Of a stretch of DNA of 64,000 bases, positions 1 through 9,134 are shown piece by piece. The number at the start of each line of letters is the position of its first letter. Within the stretch, counting starts at the first letter, position 1. The translations under genes and the position numbers were made by a program. The DNA is taken from assembly GCA_043817155.1 (NCBI GenBank), contig JBDRHE010000008.1, forward strand, positions 1,554 to 65,553, written 5' to 3'. The notes beneath the pieces are model-generated. The model had not been told where the DNA came from and did not search any database. It saw nothing but the letters and a program-made list of their open reading frames with translations. The DNA is from Candidatus Omnitrophota bacterium. GTDB lineage: Bacteria; Omnitrophota; Gorgyraeia; JABMRN01; RBG-13-46-9.

Positions 1-951
1 GATAGCGTCCTCGAATATCTTTTTTAGCCTTTTACAGTATCTCAAGACCTCAGGGTCATCCCGCCAGTAGGCTATCACTTTTTTCAGGTCCCGCAAAATG
101 TGGACAAGACACCTTTGCTTGGCCTTAGCGGCTATTTTATTGTAGGCGGATAAAGAATCGGATATTAATACACCGTCGTATTTATCGCCCAGGATATCAT
201 CTACCACCTTTTGACCCCGGCTCATGTCGGTATGGGTTATGCATATCTTCTTATTGGAGAACTTCCAAACCCAAGCGTTGTCGCCGTCTATTTTCCAGCC
301 TGTTTCATCAGCATGAATGAATTTACCCTTTTTAAGGGATTCTTTCAATGCTTCGTATGCAGGAAGCGCCTCTCTTTTAAGCTGGTCTCTGAATCCCACT
401 ATGGAAGAGGGAACAATCTTTAAATTAAACAGCTTCTCGGATATGCATTGAATATCCCTGTCGGATATCTTAATGCCATATTTCAAGAATACGGCAAATG
501 CTTTTGCTGTGGGTCCTATATAACTACCCGAGAGCTCATTCCCACCCTTACCATGGACAGCCTTTTGACACTTTTTACAGTAGTAGAGGTGTTTACGGAA
601 GAGGGTCGTCTCGAGCTTCGGCAGAACAATATCTTCCTGAATATGTTCCTCTATCTTATTTTTGTATTCTTTTATATTATTGGAGCCGCATTCCGGACAT
701 TTGGATAGTTTTACCTCTTCTACCTTGTGGATGTTTTTAGGTTTTTTCCTGAACCAGCCTATGTGGCCGAAGAGGCCGCCCTTTTTCTTGGGAACAGATG
801 CAGGAGGCTCATTATCTCCGGGAGGCTTTTTCCTCTTGGATTTATAGCGCTTTGATCTTAAGTCTTCCAATTCGAACTTTACGAGGGCAAGCGTTTCTTC
901 CAGGCTTTCTATTCTCTTCCGGTACTCTCGGCAGTCTCTACAACCGGTCAC
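1..951 (-). CDS. IS66-family transposase (partial, 3' end outside the window)
   Basis: Manual translation from GTG at 951: coiled coil, KKKGGLFGHIG, CPECG zinc motif, IHADETGWK, LISD..SAY, QRCLVHILRD; absent from the ORF track because it runs off the edge. Confidence 0.9.
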   Translation of the reverse strand, partial: MTGCRDCREYRKRIESLEETLALVKFELEDLRSKRYKSKRKKPPGDNEPPASVPKKKGGLFGHIGWFRKKPKNIHKVEEVKLSKCPECGSNNIKEYKNKIEEHIQEDIVLPKLETTLFRKHLYYCKKCQKAVHGKGGNELSGSYIGPTAKAFAVFLKYGIKISDRDIQCISEKLFNLKIVPSSIVGFRDQLKREALPAYEALKESLKKGKFIHADETGWKIDGDNAWVWKFSNKKICITHTDMSRGQKVVDDILGDKYDGVLISDSLSAYNKIAAKAKQRCLVHILRDLKKVIAYWRDDPEVLRYCKRLKKIFEDAI

Positions 952-1317
952 TTATAGATCCTCCATCAGTTTATGACTATAGTATCTCAATATGGTAAAG
1001 TCCGCATCAGATAGCTTTATCACGGTAGCTATCAGCTTTTTATAATTATCGATAGCTCTTATGGCATGGATATCTTTTTTCTTTGTGAGCAGGATACTGT
1101 GATTTTTGGCTTTCCCTCTGTAGGAGAGATATGGATAGGGACCGTGTAAGATAGGATTGTGTTCGCGCTTGCACCTGCATCCTTTCGTGCCGCATCTATT
1201 ACCCTGGATACGTATGCTCGCCCTTATAACACTCTTTCTTAGTAACTCTTGAATCTCCGTGACATATCTATATCGTTCCCGCAACAATCTATCGTACGCT
1301 ATGATTCTTTGCTTCAT
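952..1317 (-). CDS. IS-associated small protein (DUF6788-like)
   Basis: CGTKGCRC...HGPYPYLS motif; stop codon abuts the transposase start. Confidence 0.7.
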   Translation of the reverse strand: MKQRIIAYDRLLRERYRYVTEIQELLRKSVIRASIRIQGNRCGTKGCRCKREHNPILHGPYPYLSYRGKAKNHSILLTKKKDIHAIRAIDNYKKLIATVIKLSDADFTILRYYSHKLMEDL

Positions 1318-1423
1318 ACACGAAGTAGTATATCATACTTCGGTCATTCTGTAAAGAGGCACATGCAAAAAAGGAGGGAGCGATTGTGACAGCTCGATCG
1401 GCTTGTTGTTGGAGAGTTGGTTC

Positions 1424-1470
1424 TGAGATTGCTTCGTCGCGCCGGCGTTTCCGGCGCTCCTCGCAAAGAC
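1424..1470 (+). repeat. REP-like palindrome, family B (GAGATTGCTTCG...CCTCGCAAAGAC)
   Basis: Same ends as the units at 16.5 kb and 22.5-22.9 kb. Confidence 0.75.
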
Positions 1471-1611
1471 GGAGTGTGGGTTAATCCTTTGGGAGAGCTG
1501 AACTATTACCAATAATCAAAGAACCCAAATATGAAAGTGCCCAATTATCTTGACACTACTTTCAAGCGAAGAGGCTTTACACATCGCATTAGAAGTCTGG
1601 TATAATAGTAT

Positions 1612-3879
1612 ATGCAATATGAGAAAATTACATATATGATAAAAAAAGCTTGCATTCTTAGGGCTACCGCAAAAACTTTATCACTCTTTCTTATCGTAAT
1701 AGGAATTACGATATTTGTCCGGACAGACTCAGTTGATGCAGATGAAGTTAATAAGACGCGGCCTAAAATAGGACTTGTCCTGGGTGGCGGCGGAGCACGC
1801 GGGGCAAGCTATGTCGGGGTACTTAAAGTCCTGGAGAAGAACAGGGTCCCTGTCGACTATATCGTGGGTTCAAGCATGGGCGCCGTTATAGGCGGTGCTT
1901 ACGCTATAGGCATGTCTCCAGAAGAGATAGAGAAAACTCTCACAAGCACAGACTGGAACGATCTTTTTACGGATAAACCTATAAGGGAGAGCATGACATT
2001 TCGCCGTAAAAAGGAGCAAAGAGAGCTCGTGGATTCTGAGCTTGGCCTAAAAGGCTGGAAAATTCTTATGCCCAAAGGCCTTATAGTTGGCCAAAAACTC
2101 GATTTTCTTCTGGGATCAATTTGTCTACCGGTAGTTGAAATTAGTAATTTTGACGATCTTCCCGTGCCGTTTCGTGCCGTTGCAACTGACATAGAAACAG
2201 GCGATGCGGTCATATTAGGAAAAGGAAGCCTTCCGCTGTCTATCAGGGCAAGCATGTCCATACCGGGGGTGTTTTCTCCCACTGAAATAGACGGCCATGT
2301 TCTCGTGGATGGCGGTTTCACAAATACTTTACCTATCGATATCGCGAAGTCGATGGGAGCCGATATTATAATTGCCGTGTATATTCCAAAGCCTCTCGCC
2401 AAGCGAGATAAGCTAAACTCGATAATTGCCATATCGTCACAACTTTTGAATGTCATGACGCAGCAGATGGTAAGGAACCAAACAGCGTTGCTTGGTGAAA
2501 AAGACATCCTTATCTCGCCCGATTTAGGGAATATGTCGACGACAGATTTTAGGAACTCGAAGAAAGCGATTGAACTGGGTGAAAAGTCCGCCGGAGACGT
2601 TTCGGACAAACTTAAGAGCTGTTCCATTTCAGAAGAAGAATACAGTAAATATGTCGCCAAACAGCGTAAACGCAAGATCGAGCCTGTAAAGATCGATTTT
2701 ATTAAAATAGAACCGCCCGACGGAGTAGATCCTAAAGCAATAAAGGCGAGAGTAGAAACAAAGGTCGACACAGTCTTAAATCTTAAAATCCTGCAGGATG
2801 ACTTGGCTCGCATATATGGGCTCGGAGATTTCGAAAACGTATATTTTAAGATCCATAACGAACAGGATAAGACAGGGCTTTATATTTATACGAAAGACAA
2901 GAGCTGGGGGCCAAATTATTTACGTTTCGGGTTGAATATGGATAATGATTTTCAGGGAGGGGGTTACTATAATCTCCTTGCCGATTACACCATGACCCAA
3001 TTAAATCCATTGAGCGCAGAATGGAAAAACCAGTTTCAGATAGGCAGAACCTCGATGTACCACACGGACTTTTATCAGCCTCTTGATTACGCCGATAAGT
3101 TTTTCATTGATCCGGAATTTAAAGTCCAGAGAGACATTGCTGATATATATAGCGACAGAAGCCGTATTGCGCAGTATCAGGTAGATTCGGTAGAGGGCGG
3201 TGCTAGCATCGGACGCAACATAGGTACATACGTACGCGGAAAATTTGGCGTCTTAACAGGGCACTATAGCGCAAAATCGATCGTTGGAGATTATAACCTG
3301 CCGACATTCGATGTATCACAGACGGCGCTGACAGCGGATATTGCTTATGATAAGCTTGATAACTTAAATTTTCCCCATACGGGAGTCGAAGCCGACGCCA
3401 GACTGTTTTTTGCCCCTGGAAGTTGGGGTGCCGTAAAATCATATAGCAAATTGGAACTATCAGCCCTAAAGCCGTTTACTATTGACAGGCACACTCTTGT
3501 AGCAAGCCTGGAGGCCGGAAGCAATCTTGGCCAGGAGATACCATTTTATGATGAATACACCCTGGGCGGTTTTTTATATCTCTCGGGTTATAAGATACAG
3601 CAATTAAGAGGTCAAAATATGGGTTTAGGCCGGCTCATATACTATTACAGGCTCGCAGATGGCGTTCCGCCGCTATTAAGCGGTGTATACATTGGCGGCT
3701 CGGCCGAATCTGGAAATGTATGGCAAGATATTCATGAAATAGATTTCGGAAAAATGGTTTATGCTGGAAGCGTATTCATAGGATTAGATACTATCATCGG
3801 TCCTATATATTTTGTTTACGGCCTTGCCGATAAAAGTGATGGTGGCGAGTTTTATGTTCACATCGGTAAGAGATTTTAA
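1612..3879 (+). CDS. Patatin-like phospholipase with POTRA/Omp85-type beta-barrel (PlpD / type Vd-like)
   Basis: N-terminal signal region, GGGGARG, GSSMG nucleophile, DGG, C-terminal amphipathic strands ending in F. Confidence 0.88.
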   Translation: MQYEKITYMIKKACILRATAKTLSLFLIVIGITIFVRTDSVDADEVNKTRPKIGLVLGGGGARGASYVGVLKVLEKNRVPVDYIVGSSMGAVIGGAYAIGMSPEEIEKTLTSTDWNDLFTDKPIRESMTFRRKKEQRELVDSELGLKGWKILMPKGLIVGQKLDFLLGSICLPVVEISNFDDLPVPFRAVATDIETGDAVILGKGSLPLSIRASMSIPGVFSPTEIDGHVLVDGGFTNTLPIDIAKSMGADIIIAVYIPKPLAKRDKLNSIIAISSQLLNVMTQQMVRNQTALLGEKDILISPDLGNMSTTDFRNSKKAIELGEKSAGDVSDKLKSCSISEEEYSKYVAKQRKRKIEPVKIDFIKIEPPDGVDPKAIKARVETKVDTVLNLKILQDDLARIYGLGDFENVYFKIHNEQDKTGLYIYTKDKSWGPNYLRFGLNMDNDFQGGGYYNLLADYTMTQLNPLSAEWKNQFQIGRTSMYHTDFYQPLDYADKFFIDPEFKVQRDIADIYSDRSRIAQYQVDSVEGGASIGRNIGTYVRGKFGVLTGHYSAKSIVGDYNLPTFDVSQTALTADIAYDKLDNLNFPHTGVEADARLFFAPGSWGAVKSYSKLELSALKPFTIDRHTLVASLEAGSNLGQEIPFYDEYTLGGFLYLSGYKIQQLRGQNMGLGRLIYYYRLADGVPPLLSGVYIGGSAESGNVWQDIHEIDFGKMVYAGSVFIGLDTIIGPIYFVYGLADKSDGGEFYVHIGKRF

Positions 3880-3920
3880 TATTTCTATAATCTTGATTTT
3901 GGAGATATAATTCTAAAAGC

Positions 3921-4736
3921 ATGAAGAGACTAATTTCAACCGTGTTCGCAATAGTATTATGCGTCGTATCAACGGCGGTCTATGCGATAACGCAACGGAT
4001 GGAATCTGACGCAGTGGTTACGCGCGATAATGTTCGGATTGCCTACGAGCGCTATCAGAACGGCTCTGACTCCGTTGTTATCATCTGCCCAGGATTCTAT
4101 AATAGCAAGAAGAACAGATGGATGCGTAAGGCGGTAGAGCTAGTCTCTCCCGAATACGATGTCATGATATTTGACTTCAGGGGGCACGGGCAGAGCGGCG
4201 GCACCTTCACGTGGTCGGCGAAAGAGGACATGGATGTGGACGCCGTAGTGGATCGCGCAAAAGACTATGGATATAAGCGCATAGGGATACTTGCCTTTTC
4301 GCTGGGCGCGGCAGCATCGGTCAATGATGCGGCGCACAGAACCGATATAGACAGCATGGTCCTTATAAGCTGTCCGACAAGGTTCAATATGATAGATTTC
4401 CATTTCTGGAAGTTCGCGATGTTTTCGGACCTAAAAGACAATATCGAATGCAAGTGGGAAGGCAAAGGCGCCAGATACGGCAGCATCTTTTATCCGAAGA
4501 AAGATCCGATCGACGCGATACGCGCCATACACAATACGGCCATTCTCTTTATTCACGGCGATAATGATTGGGTGATCAATGACCGCCACTCAAGGAAACT
4601 ATACGAAGCGGCATCCGGCACAAAAAAGTTGGAAGTGATCAAGGGCGGCCTTCACGCCGAAAGGATAGTGCAGTTCTATCCGGAAAAACTAAAAAAAATT
4701 ATCCTTGAATGGTTCTCGGAAACGTTTGTACGTTAG
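3921..4736 (+). CDS. Secreted alpha/beta-fold hydrolase
   Basis: Signal peptide, DFRGHGQS, AFSLG nucleophile elbow, HGDND, GLH. Confidence 0.88.
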   Translation: MKRLISTVFAIVLCVVSTAVYAITQRMESDAVVTRDNVRIAYERYQNGSDSVVIICPGFYNSKKNRWMRKAVELVSPEYDVMIFDFRGHGQSGGTFTWSAKEDMDVDAVVDRAKDYGYKRIGILAFSLGAAASVNDAAHRTDIDSMVLISCPTRFNMIDFHFWKFAMFSDLKDNIECKWEGKGARYGSIFYPKKDPIDAIRAIHNTAILFIHGDNDWVINDRHSRKLYEAASGTKKLEVIKGGLHAERIVQFYPEKLKKIILEWFSETFVR

Positions 4737-4817
4737 GCATGGCTGGAAAATATGGGCAGATTCAGAGATTGGCAGAGGTACGACGTTTTATTTTACGCTG
4801 CCAATTTTAAGTAAATT

Positions 4818-5240
4818 GTAATAGTTTAGCAGGCGGAAGTTAATTCTTATATAGGCTCCCAGGAAGTCGCTGATAAGCACGCCTTTGTAGCTGTTACCGA
4901 GAGCGCCGCGAAGCTCTTTTTGACCCCTGCCGGGCTCTATCCTGTAGACGGCATGCCTTTCATCGGCATAGCACCACAGCCACTTGTCTTTCCAACCGGT
5001 CTCATCGACGTTTAGATACGGCGTATCCGTAAGGCGCGCCTTTAATTGGTCGCAGAGAAGACTGTCTCGCATACGTATCTTTGTATCGAATCCAACGCAT
5101 GATGTGGGATCAAAGTCCATAGTGAACATTTCCTTGAAGAGCATCTTTATTTTACGATAGGGGACTGACAGCTGATAATGCAGGAAACCGGCTGGCTCTA
5201 AGGTCAGGAATTTGCTTGTTTCTACCAGCAATCTCGCTAT
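4818..5240 (-). pseudogene. Internally deleted IS66-family transposase remnant
   Basis: LNVDETGWK and VLISDFLGAY motifs running straight into LLNYY, encoded by the terminal repeat GTAATAGTTTAGC at 4818; both the N- and C-terminal parts are missing. Confidence 0.8.
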
Positions 5241-5287
5241 AATAGATACCTGTATATAGCGAGAGGTTTCTCCTCGGCTCAAAGGTT

Positions 5288-5319
5288 GGTTCTAACTTCG
5301 TTCAGCCAGCGACCCCAGC
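5288..5319 (+). repeat. 32-bp cassette-junction direct repeat, copy 1
   Basis: GGTTCTAACTTCGTTCAGCCAGCGACCCCAGC. Confidence 0.95.
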
Positions 5320-5340
5320 ATTTTTCCTGAGTGATGAATA

Positions 5341-5739
5341 ATGACAGCAGTCGGCAAAAAAGATAATATGGCTATCCGGGCAACATGTCTGAATTGCATG
5401 GACGGCCGCGTGCAATTGCCGGTTCTAAATTGGATTCGCGAGAAATACAGTATCGATTTTGTGGATGTTATTACTGAAGCGGGCATCGATGGGGTTGTAG
5501 CTTCACAGGATAATATCGATGAGATTATTCGTAGCATTAATATCTCCGTTAACATTAATAAATCTGTCCGAATTTTTCTTGTTGGCCATCATGATTGCAA
5601 AGGTAACCCTGTTGATGAAGAAACTCATCGTGAAAACATAAACAAGGCTGTCGCGCGTTTGAAAGCGTATTGGCCAGAATTTGAGATTATTGGGCTTTGG
5701 GTTAACGGTCATTGGCAGGTGGAGGTTTGGTGCAAGTAG
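5341..5739 (+). CDS. Putative beta-class-like carbonic anhydrase
   Basis: CMDGR and HHDC Zn-ligand motifs; TAG stop overlaps the first base of repeat copy 2. Confidence 0.8.
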   Translation: MTAVGKKDNMAIRATCLNCMDGRVQLPVLNWIREKYSIDFVDVITEAGIDGVVASQDNIDEIIRSINISVNINKSVRIFLVGHHDCKGNPVDEETHRENINKAVARLKAYWPEFEIIGLWVNGHWQVEVWCK

Positions 5740-5770
5740 GTTCTAACTTTGTCCAGCCAGCGACCCCAGC
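5739..5770 (+). repeat. 32-bp cassette-junction direct repeat, copy 2
   Basis: GGTTCTAACTTTGTCCAGCCAGCGACCCCAGC. Confidence 0.95.
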
Positions 5771-5920
5771 TTTATAATGTTTTACAATGTTTCTTCAGAG
5801 TATTTGACAGGAAACAGATAAATGTGGGAAAAGAAAATCCATATGTTTCCTCCTACATGATACAAGTAGAAACATGAGCAACGAGATATTATAAATCATT
5901 TTCTGAAATAGGAGAAAACG

Positions 5921-6919
5921 ATGAATAAGCGCAGACTCATTGCTATTCTCGCTTACTTATTTATTATTTGCTCTATTCGATATTCTATTGCTGAAGTGGA
6001 GGTAAAAAAGGAATATTACGACAGCGGTCAGCTATATTCTGAATTACCTTACGAAAATGGAAAACTTAATGGTCTTGGTAAAACTTATTATGAGAATGGA
6101 CAATTGTTCTCAGAGGTAACATATGTGAATGGCGAATATGACGGCACAATGCGAGCTTATTATGAAAGCGGAGAGCTGGAATCAGAAATGCCTTACAGAA
6201 ATGGTGTCTTGAGCGGTATAGTGAAAGAATATTATAAAAACGAATCATTGCAAGCAGAAACACCATATCAAAATGGCAAAGTAAATGGTGTGGCCAAAAG
6301 TTACAGTGAGAATGGGATAATAGAATCTTTGATACCCTATAAAGATGACGAGATTGACGGGATCGCTAAAACCTATCGTGAGGGTAAAATAGACAGAGAA
6401 TCATCATATAAGGCTGGCAAGAGAGACGGCCTAGCGAAAGTCTATAACGCTGATGGCACATTGGACCATGAGATTCCTTATAAGAATGACCGAGTCGATG
6501 GAGAATTGAAATACTATGGAAGTGGTGGAAATGTGCAGGGATCTGGAACTTATAAGAATGGCGAACTAGTAGAAGCAAAATATTTTGACGGAAAAGATAT
6601 GTCAATAGAAACATTAGTTGGGTATGCAAAAGATGACATCTATTCACTAGGAGTTCTATTAGAGCGTTTCAAATTGGATACTGGCAGTTATCCGGATACA
6701 AGTGAAGGATTAAAATCATTGCTCGAAGAGCCTCCTTTGAAAACAAATTGGCAAGGGCCATACTCCTTATCAATGCCAATAGATCCGTGGGGAAATGATT
6801 ACCATTATGGGTATCCAGGCGTCCATAACAAAGATAGCTACGACTTGTCAACATTTGGGCCAGATGGCATAGAAAGCGAAGATGATATTACCAATTGGGG
6901 TAGTGAAGAAGGTCGGTAA
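5921..6919 (+). CDS. Secreted MORN_2/YwqK-like repeat protein fused to a GspG (T2SS major pseudopilin) globular domain
   Basis: Signal peptide; repeated YYxxGxLxxExxYxNG; C-terminus FKLDTGSYP..EGL..L..WQGPY..DPWG..Y..PG..YDL..GPDG..DDITNW. Confidence 0.85.
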   Translation: MNKRRLIAILAYLFIICSIRYSIAEVEVKKEYYDSGQLYSELPYENGKLNGLGKTYYENGQLFSEVTYVNGEYDGTMRAYYESGELESEMPYRNGVLSGIVKEYYKNESLQAETPYQNGKVNGVAKSYSENGIIESLIPYKDDEIDGIAKTYREGKIDRESSYKAGKRDGLAKVYNADGTLDHEIPYKNDRVDGELKYYGSGGNVQGSGTYKNGELVEAKYFDGKDMSIETLVGYAKDDIYSLGVLLERFKLDTGSYPDTSEGLKSLLEEPPLKTNWQGPYSLSMPIDPWGNDYHYGYPGVHNKDSYDLSTFGPDGIESEDDITNWGSEEGR

Positions 6920-6967
6920 TAGAATGATTAATTAGGTTCCCAAAGGGAGCTCGTTTTTTGTTAAACA

Positions 6968-6999
6968 GGTTCTAACTTCGTCCAGCCAGCGACCCCGGT
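6968..6999 (+). repeat. 32-bp cassette-junction direct repeat, copy 3
   Basis: GGTTCTAACTTCGTCCAGCCAGCGACCCCGGT. Confidence 0.95.
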
Positions 7000-7055
7000 T
7001 CTTTTGAAAAAAGTAGAAAATATAACGAATAACATATTTAAAGGAGGTTATACAG

Positions 7056-7505
7056 ATGAAATGTCCTAAATGTGATTGCGCTCTCAGCAAAGTGCTTGTG
7101 GAGGTCCGGCCTGAATACGGTGCAGATATACTCCAAGATGCGGAACAAACAAGTGAGATAGAGCTTGACCAGTGCGTGAGCTGTAACGGCGTGTGGTTTG
7201 ATGTAAAAGAATTGGACCAATATTTGGCGGAGAAGTTGTTGATTTTAAATTCTCCTAAGATATCAGATTATAAGAAGCTCGATAAGAAGGTAGGTATGTG
7301 CCCGCGATGTAATCAAAAGATGGTTAAGGAGCCGGCACCTAAAGGAGCTGCTTTTATGGTTGATGTATGCAAAAAGTGCCAGGGTGTTTGGTTAGATAGC
7401 ACCGAACTTGATAAGATTGAAAAGAGGAATTTCTCGTTAGGAGAGAAGCACGCTCTTGTGTTTCGCCATCTGAAAGAGATATTTTTCAAAAGGGAGGGTA
7501 ATTAA
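7056..7505 (+). CDS. Double zinc-ribbon (zf-TFIIB-like) protein
   Basis: CPKC..LDQCxxCxGVWFD..EL, repeated twice; GGAGG RBS. Confidence 0.85.
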   Translation: MKCPKCDCALSKVLVEVRPEYGADILQDAEQTSEIELDQCVSCNGVWFDVKELDQYLAEKLLILNSPKISDYKKLDKKVGMCPRCNQKMVKEPAPKGAAFMVDVCKKCQGVWLDSTELDKIEKRNFSLGEKHALVFRHLKEIFFKREGN

Positions 7506-7507
7506 TT

Positions 7508-7951
7508 ATGGACTGCCCCAAATGTCTTGGTAAATTACAGAAGACAAAGATTAATATGTATGAGACTTCGGACATCGAAGAGCTTAAAGGAGCAGTTGCA
7601 GCGAAATCGCTAGAGATTGACCAGTGCTTTGTCTGTGGAGGCGTTTGGTTCGATAAAGGAGAGCTTGGTAAATATACGACCGAAAAGATAACAATAATTG
7701 ATGCCGCTTCAGTAGGCAAAACGCTTGATAAAGAGCTGGATGTGAAAGATGGAAAATGCCCGAAATGTTCAGTTGTGATGAAGAAGACGGCATATGAGAA
7801 AGAGCCGAGCATTACGCTCGATGTATGTGAAAAATGTGGAGGCATCTGGCTTGATTCTACGGAAATTGACCGAGTTGAAAGAGCGAATAAAGGAAAAATA
7901 GGATTTCTCGGACTTTTCTTCAAGGGATTTCAAAGACCAAAGGGAAAATAG
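7508..7951 (+). CDS. Double zinc-ribbon (zf-TFIIB-like) protein, paralog of the upstream gene
   Basis: CPKC..IDQCFVCGGVWFD and CPKC..LDVCEKCGGIWLDSTE. Confidence 0.85.
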   Translation: MDCPKCLGKLQKTKINMYETSDIEELKGAVAAKSLEIDQCFVCGGVWFDKGELGKYTTEKITIIDAASVGKTLDKELDVKDGKCPKCSVVMKKTAYEKEPSITLDVCEKCGGIWLDSTEIDRVERANKGKIGFLGLFFKGFQRPKGK

Positions 7952-7997
7952 CAGTTTTATTTAGCATAGAGCTCCGGTTACTCTAATTACATAAAAA

Positions 7998-8029
7998 AGT
8001 TCTAACTTTGTCTAATCACTTACCCCAGC
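7998..8029 (+). repeat. 32-bp cassette-junction direct repeat, copy 4 (degenerate centre)
   Basis: AGTTCTAACTTTGTCTAATCACTTACCCCAGC, followed by the same TTTATAATGTTTTACAATGTTT that follows copy 2. Confidence 0.85.
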
Positions 8030-8071
8030 TTTATAATGTTTTACAATGTTTGTTAATTACAAATCAAAGAA

Positions 8072-9091
8072 ATGAAAAAAATATCAAGCCTAAAAGAATA
8101 TAACGTATTTCTGCAAGAGGTAAAACAAAGAATCCGTTCTGCCCAATATGAGGCCCTTAAGGCGGTTAATAAAGAACTTATACAGCTGTATTGGGATATA
8201 GGAAAGATGATTGTTAATAGGCAAAAACAATACAGATGGGGGAAATCTGTTGTAGAAAATCTCGCTAAAGATATACAGGCAGAATTCCCCGGTGTTCGGG
8301 GATACTCGACTCAGAATTTGTGGTATATGAGGCAATTCTATTCGGAATACGTAAATAATGCAAATCTCCAACCGCTGGTTGGAGAAATCGGCTGGGCGCA
8401 TAATTTAGCTATAATGAGCAAGGTTAAGGATTTGTTAGAACGGGAGTTTTATATCCGCATGACAAGGCGTATGGGGTGGACTAAAAATGTGCTGATTCAT
8501 CAGATTGAAAATAAGACATATGAAAAAACGTTGCTCAATCAGACAAATTTCAAGAAGGCTCTTCCAGAAGAGATACGCAATCAGGCAAAATTGGCGGTGA
8601 AGGACGAGTATACCTTTAATTTCCTGGACCTGGGAGAAGAATATAAGGAAATGGAGCTTGAGAGGGCTTTAGTCGCCAAGATAAATCGTTTTCTTATTGA
8701 AATGGGCGGTTCTTTTGCGTTTATGGGAAATCAATTTCGCCTTGAGATCAATGGTAAGGAATTTTTCATTGATATCTTGCTATATCACCGCAAGCTCAAG
8801 TGTTTAGTGGCAATAGAGCTCAAGATTGGAGAATTCAAACCAGAATATGCCGGGAAGATGCAGTTTTACTTAGCAGCCCTCGATGATATAGTGAAAGCAA
8901 AAGGAGAGAATCCTTCGATTGGCATTATTCTATGTAAGGATAAAGACCGCACCATTGTCGAATACGCGCTCCGTGAAAGCAAGAAACCGATAGCGGTGGC
9001 GAAATATAGGATTACTACAAAACTGCCAAAAGAACTGAAGAAAGAATTACCGGCACCCGAGCAGATACAGAAGCTTTTTAAGGATATGTAG
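8072..9091 (+). CDS. YhcG/DUF1016 PD-(D/E)XK nuclease-family protein
   Basis: LYWDIG, WGKSVV, NLWYMRQF, KDEYTFNFL, IDILLYHR..VAIELK, GKMQFY, IGIILC. Confidence 0.93.
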   Translation: MKKISSLKEYNVFLQEVKQRIRSAQYEALKAVNKELIQLYWDIGKMIVNRQKQYRWGKSVVENLAKDIQAEFPGVRGYSTQNLWYMRQFYSEYVNNANLQPLVGEIGWAHNLAIMSKVKDLLEREFYIRMTRRMGWTKNVLIHQIENKTYEKTLLNQTNFKKALPEEIRNQAKLAVKDEYTFNFLDLGEEYKEMELERALVAKINRFLIEMGGSFAFMGNQFRLEINGKEFFIDILLYHRKLKCLVAIELKIGEFKPEYAGKMQFYLAALDDIVKAKGENPSIGIILCKDKDRTIVEYALRESKKPIAVAKYRITTKLPKELKKELPAPEQIQKLFKDM

Positions 9092-9134
9092 CGAGCGCTG
9101 TTTAACGTAAAGTCGCTGGTCCCTCTATTAGACA

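Larger units (their letters stand above)
1..1509 (-). mobile_element. IS66-family insertion sequence, running off the left edge
   Basis: Transposase plus a small accessory ORF; minus-strand GTAATAGTTCAG at 1509-1498 resembles IS66-type GTAA termini and matches GTAATAGTTTAG at 4818. Confidence 0.8.

Noticed and set aside
211-998. Plus-strand ORFs at the window start
   Set aside because: They are antisense to the IS66 transposase frame.
5288-5319. Intact tRNA gene at the repeat
   Set aside because: Only a 3'-end-like segment is present; no D or anticodon arm and no cloverleaf upstream of any copy.
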